A stretch of DNA of 64,000 nucleotides, taken from IMG/VR virus record IMGVR_UViG_3300020148_000032. The stretch is one strand, 5' to 3'. Source of the DNA: a virus. Its lineage: Duplodnaviria; Caudoviricetes. The translations under genes and the position numbers were made by a program. Numbering within the stretch: position 1 is the first letter of the stretch; each line of letters starts with the position of its first letter. The notes beneath the pieces were generated by a model. That model was given only the letters and a program-made list of their open reading frames with translations, had not been told where the DNA came from and searched no databases. Below, piece by piece: positions 60,757-64,000 of the stretch.

Positions 60757-61440
60757 TTAACTATAAACTTGCTTTTTTATTACTTTAAGAACAAGGTCTA
60801 TCTCAGAATAGCTGAGGTTTCGTCCGAAGATATCAAATTTGTTATCCTCAACCATTTCATCAAACTTTTTTACAGAAATGAGAACATCGTTTTTAGTTAT
60901 TTTATTAAGGACACATATTTCAAACACAAGCTTTCTAGTGTAAGGTGTGTCGATTTCTGAATCAGTTCTAACAAGAGACTTTAATTGTGCATTCTTGTCC
61001 GAGATATATTCTTTTACTTGGTCAATAGTTTTAACTGATGGAACGTTACCTATCTTAGGGAAATGAGTATCAACGATAAGATTACGTGAATTTGAACCGA
61101 GGATTGGTTCGGAATGATATGAAAAACCTAATCTTTCAAATTCTTCCATATCATTAATGTCAGTATCTTTAATAGTAAAAATTATTGTAGAAGTTTCTGA
61201 TTGATCAAGTTTTGCCTTAGGGAACTTTAAGAAAATATCATTGATAAGTTGATACTTTCCCTCTTCAGTAATTTCCTTTTTCTGAGAGGAAAGAATATTA
61301 TCATGCATTCCTTTCTCGAAAGCGACATATGCTTCATTTGAAGTAGAATAATGTTGATCATCTGAGCCAAATGGACATTGCCCTTTAGTTGCATTGCATT
61401 TGGAAACGTTACCTTTATCGTTGATATGAAACTTTGACAT
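60757..61440 (-). CDS. HCCH-module protein #15
   Basis: ATG 61440 after AGGAG; KFHINDKGNVSKCNATKGQCPFG...HY. Confidence 0.8.
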   Translation of the reverse strand: MSKFHINDKGNVSKCNATKGQCPFGSDDQHYSTSNEAYVAFEKGMHDNILSSQKKEITEEGKYQLINDIFLKFPKAKLDQSETSTIIFTIKDTDINDMEEFERLGFSYHSEPILGSNSRNLIVDTHFPKIGNVPSVKTIDQVKEYISDKNAQLKSLVRTDSEIDTPYTRKLVFEICVLNKITKNDVLISVKKFDEMVEDNKFDIFGRNLSYSEIDLVLKVIKKQVYS

Positions 61441-61487
61441 TCGAACTCCTCTGATATAATCTTTTCTATAAAGCAAGAATATAAGGA

Positions 61488-62207
61488 TTATCTAAGAGAT
61501 TCAATATATTCTTTTAATGCTCCAGGTACTGACCAATCATCAGTATATCTTTCACCGTTGATGATTATTGTAGGAACTTGTGAAATGTTATTTTTGCTAC
61601 TTAAATCTTCGGAAGCAACAATCCATTTCTGGAATGGTCTATCTTCAAATTTTTCATAAGTGGACTGGTCAATATTGGCAGAAATAGCAAGTTCAACAAG
61701 TTCTTCATCCGTTAGTCCCGCTGTCCCTTCAGCAGGAGCGTTATCATAAAGAACAGAAAGGTAATCAAACATCTTTTCTGGTTCGTCATTTTGTACTACA
61801 ACAAGAGCATTAACAGCGCGTGTAGAGTATTGAGTCCCAAGAGATTGAGAGTCAAGGAACGTCATTGGGTGCCATTTAAGGAATAGAGTTCCATTATTAA
61901 CGAGAGCGTCAATATCTTCATCATTAATATTCATAAAATAAGTACAAGCAATACACATGGGATCTTCATATAAATCCATTACAACTGGAGCTGATGAATC
62001 TCCGTAAAGAAGAGCTCCGTCATCTGATGTATTGAGGGGGATTTCTTCAGGGGCGAAATCCGCAATAGGAGTTTTATTGGCTTCAGTTATAATAAATGCG
62101 ACTATTGAAGAGAAAACAAAGAAAACTAGAGAAATTAAAACAAATCGTAACGCTATTTTCTTTCTTCTGTTGTATGTTTCAATATTATTTTTAGAACTTT
62201 TTGACAT
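61488..62207 (-). CDS. membrane-anchored DsbA-like thioredoxin-fold protein
   Basis: TM, LYEDPMCIAC, FLD...YSTRA, cis-Pro VPTIIING. Confidence 0.85.
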   Translation of the reverse strand: MSKSSKNNIETYNRRKKIALRFVLISLVFFVFSSIVAFIITEANKTPIADFAPEEIPLNTSDDGALLYGDSSAPVVMDLYEDPMCIACTYFMNINDEDIDALVNNGTLFLKWHPMTFLDSQSLGTQYSTRAVNALVVVQNDEPEKMFDYLSVLYDNAPAEGTAGLTDEELVELAISANIDQSTYEKFEDRPFQKWIVASEDLSSKNNISQVPTIIINGERYTDDWSVPGALKEYIESLR

Positions 62208-62245
62208 GGAGACCCCTTATTTTATCTTGTTATTATTTTAACAAT

Positions 62246-62731
62246 TTATTCAACAGGGTATTTCTCATAACCTTTGGTTTGATTTTCAATAATTCGAGGG
62301 TTAGAATTCAAAGTAGTAAGTTCAACAGTAAGATCAGAATTAAATTTTGAGTCACTTGTCACTTTAAAATCATAGATTCTGTAATCATCAGTGCATATCT
62401 CGCCATACACTGTAAAATTAAGAGATAATGTATTATCAGAATATATTGCGTTAGTGAGAATTGGCGGACATGAACCAGACCCACCACTTCTTACATAAAC
62501 AGTTTTTAAATCCTCACTAAGTATAAAATATTCACCCCAATGAACTTCTCCTCCATTAAGTTCATCAAGTCTTGAAATGTAAGAGTCTTGTTCATATTGT
62601 GCAGTAAGATTACCTTGCTCTAAAGTGTCAGTTAATTTCATTGGTCTGTCTGTTGCTACTTTTACAACACAGAAACCAAGTATAACAAAACTCATGATGA
62701 GAATTGAAGCAATAGTGTATTTGTATTTCAT
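62246..62731 (-). CDS. exported/membrane-anchored protein with a probable disulfide
   Basis: signal/TM, GSGSCPP...ICTDD. Confidence 0.65.
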   Translation of the reverse strand: MKYKYTIASILIMSFVILGFCVVKVATDRPMKLTDTLEQGNLTAQYEQDSYISRLDELNGGEVHWGEYFILSEDLKTVYVRSGGSGSCPPILTNAIYSDNTLSLNFTVYGEICTDDYRIYDFKVTSDSKFNSDLTVELTTLNSNPRIIENQTKGYEKYPVE

Positions 62732-62791
62732 ACTCTTACTCCCCGAAAATCTTTATAAAAATATCGACTTGCGGGGAGTAAGTTGACTAAT

Positions 62792-63775
62792 TTAATCAGT
62801 AGTATCGTAAGTGATAGAGATAGTACCTTCGTCCGCATCATATTGATGGCGAATGAAGTTATATCTGTTGTAATATGTATAGAGGTTATTTACATCATCA
62901 AGTGTTAAACCGAATTCTGTAATTTTATCCTTATCAAGAGTAATCTTTGATTGTGAATAACCCCTAAATCTTCCTGATGGGTAAACTGTATTATTATTTT
63001 CTATAATTTCTTTTTGTAAATCTTCTAATGTGAGGTTTTTGCTGTCAGCGATATCTTTAGCCTTTAAAAGAGCGGCATCATAAGGAGAATTCTTCCTTAA
63101 ATCCTCCTTAGCAAAATCTGGTAGTTTTGGATTTAATACCATTTCTTTGTTTCTATAACCGGCTTCGTACATATCTCCAAGCATTTCAGGGGTAAGGTTC
63201 TCATTTTGATAAAGTCCAGAGTAAAGTTTATTTCTGACTTGTTCATCGTTTTCTTCGTTAATCTTTTTGAAAATGACAGGAAGATATTTTTCAGGAAATT
63301 TAGTAAGCTCATACCAATCTCGACCATCAAGTTTAATATTTAAATAAACAACATTTGGATCAATTTTCCCGGAAGCAATAACATCCCACTTGAACTCATC
63401 TTGTTGATATAAGAAGAAGTCTTGACGAACTGAATCACTAATTCTATTATTAGGATTTCTTAAAGCGCCTTTCATTTGAGTTCTACTAAGGAGATTCTTA
63501 TCTTTAATATGTTCGTCACCAATATAATTTTGACCATCGATAGTTCTGAAGGTACCTCTGAACATATAGTCAGTTTTTAGTTTCACTCTTAACTCATCAG
63601 GAGTGTACTCTATTTCTCTATTAGCAAACCCACCGTCTTGATTAAGTCTCTCGTAATGTTCACGGGCTGCTTCTTTCGTATCAAAATGGTCAGCAGCTCC
63701 ACCAAAAGGGCAAGGTCGTGTTCGCGCTCGGCAAGCGCCCGGCTCGCCGTTATTATTAACGTGGTATCTTGGCAT
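62792..63775 (-). CDS. HCCH-module protein #16
   Basis: RYHVNNNGEPGACRARTRPCPFGG...HFDTKEAAREHYE. Confidence 0.8.
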   Translation of the reverse strand: MPRYHVNNNGEPGACRARTRPCPFGGAADHFDTKEAAREHYERLNQDGGFANREIEYTPDELRVKLKTDYMFRGTFRTIDGQNYIGDEHIKDKNLLSRTQMKGALRNPNNRISDSVRQDFFLYQQDEFKWDVIASGKIDPNVVYLNIKLDGRDWYELTKFPEKYLPVIFKKINEENDEQVRNKLYSGLYQNENLTPEMLGDMYEAGYRNKEMVLNPKLPDFAKEDLRKNSPYDAALLKAKDIADSKNLTLEDLQKEIIENNNTVYPSGRFRGYSQSKITLDKDKITEFGLTLDDVNNLYTYYNRYNFIRHQYDADEGTISITYDTTD

Positions 63776-63868
63776 TATTACTCCAATATAAAAGTGGGTA
63801 TATATACTTATCTATACAAAATAAAATATTTTTTTGTTAGAAAATTTAATAACTTTAGGAGATCATAT

Positions 63869-64000
63869 ATGTACCACATTAATTCTGACGGAAATGTTCG
63901 TCAATGCAGAGCAACATCTAAACCATGTCCTTTTGGGGGGAATGATGGAAATCAGAATCATTATTCCACTAAAGAAGAAGCATTGAAAGCGTTCGAAAAA
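63869..64000 (+). CDS. HCCH-module protein #17 (5' part, truncated by window end; not in ORF track)
   Basis: AGGAG RBS; MYHINSDGNVRQCRATSKPCPFGGNDGNQNHYSTKEEALKAFEK. Confidence 0.85.
   Translation, partial: MYHINSDGNVRQCRATSKPCPFGGNDGNQNHYSTKEEALKAFEK

Noticed and set aside
20057-64000. HCCH repeats as an IS/MITE, DGR or intein
   Set aside because: No terminal inverted repeats, transposase, reverse transcriptase or splicing motifs in the window; conservation is mainly at the protein level.

Overview
AT-rich (roughly 35% GC by eye), gene-dense segment of a large extrachromosomal element, most likely a conjugative megaplasmid or jumbo phage-plasmid. Its RarA, RadA, DsbA and topoisomerase genes look actinobacterial, but the host is inferred. 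No rRNA, tRNA, CRISPR array or capsid gene was recognised. Layout: 0-13.6 kb small phage-like accessory genes; 14.0-15.15 kb a non-coding, GC-rich, hairpin-dense island at a sharp strand-skew inversion, followed by a Replic_Relax-like protein and a PilT-like ATPase; 22-29 kb RarA, Hsp20, a SLOG protein and NAD-dependent ligase; 29-38 kb a Tad/Flp pilus cluster with TcpE-like, short VirB4-like and RusA-like genes embedded; 40-50 kb RadA and type IIA topoisomerase A/B with two endonucleases (one missed by the ORF track); 50-64 kb a dense array of variable genes. Main finding: 17 genes (plus one relic) start with the same ~40-aa H-C-C-H module (M-x-K-Y/F-H-I/V-N-x2-3-G-x4-C-x-A-x3-5-C-P-F-G-x2-6-H-F/Y...A-x2-A-Y-E) fused to mostly unrelated C-terminal regions, including the DNA ligase. 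Sixteen of the 17 have a TAGA(A/T)A(A/G) motif 24-43 nt upstream of the start. The leader+module unit is visibly duplicated and in one case fused to high-GC foreign DNA. This looks like a co-regulated, modular tag-plus-cargo system that I cannot assign to a named family.
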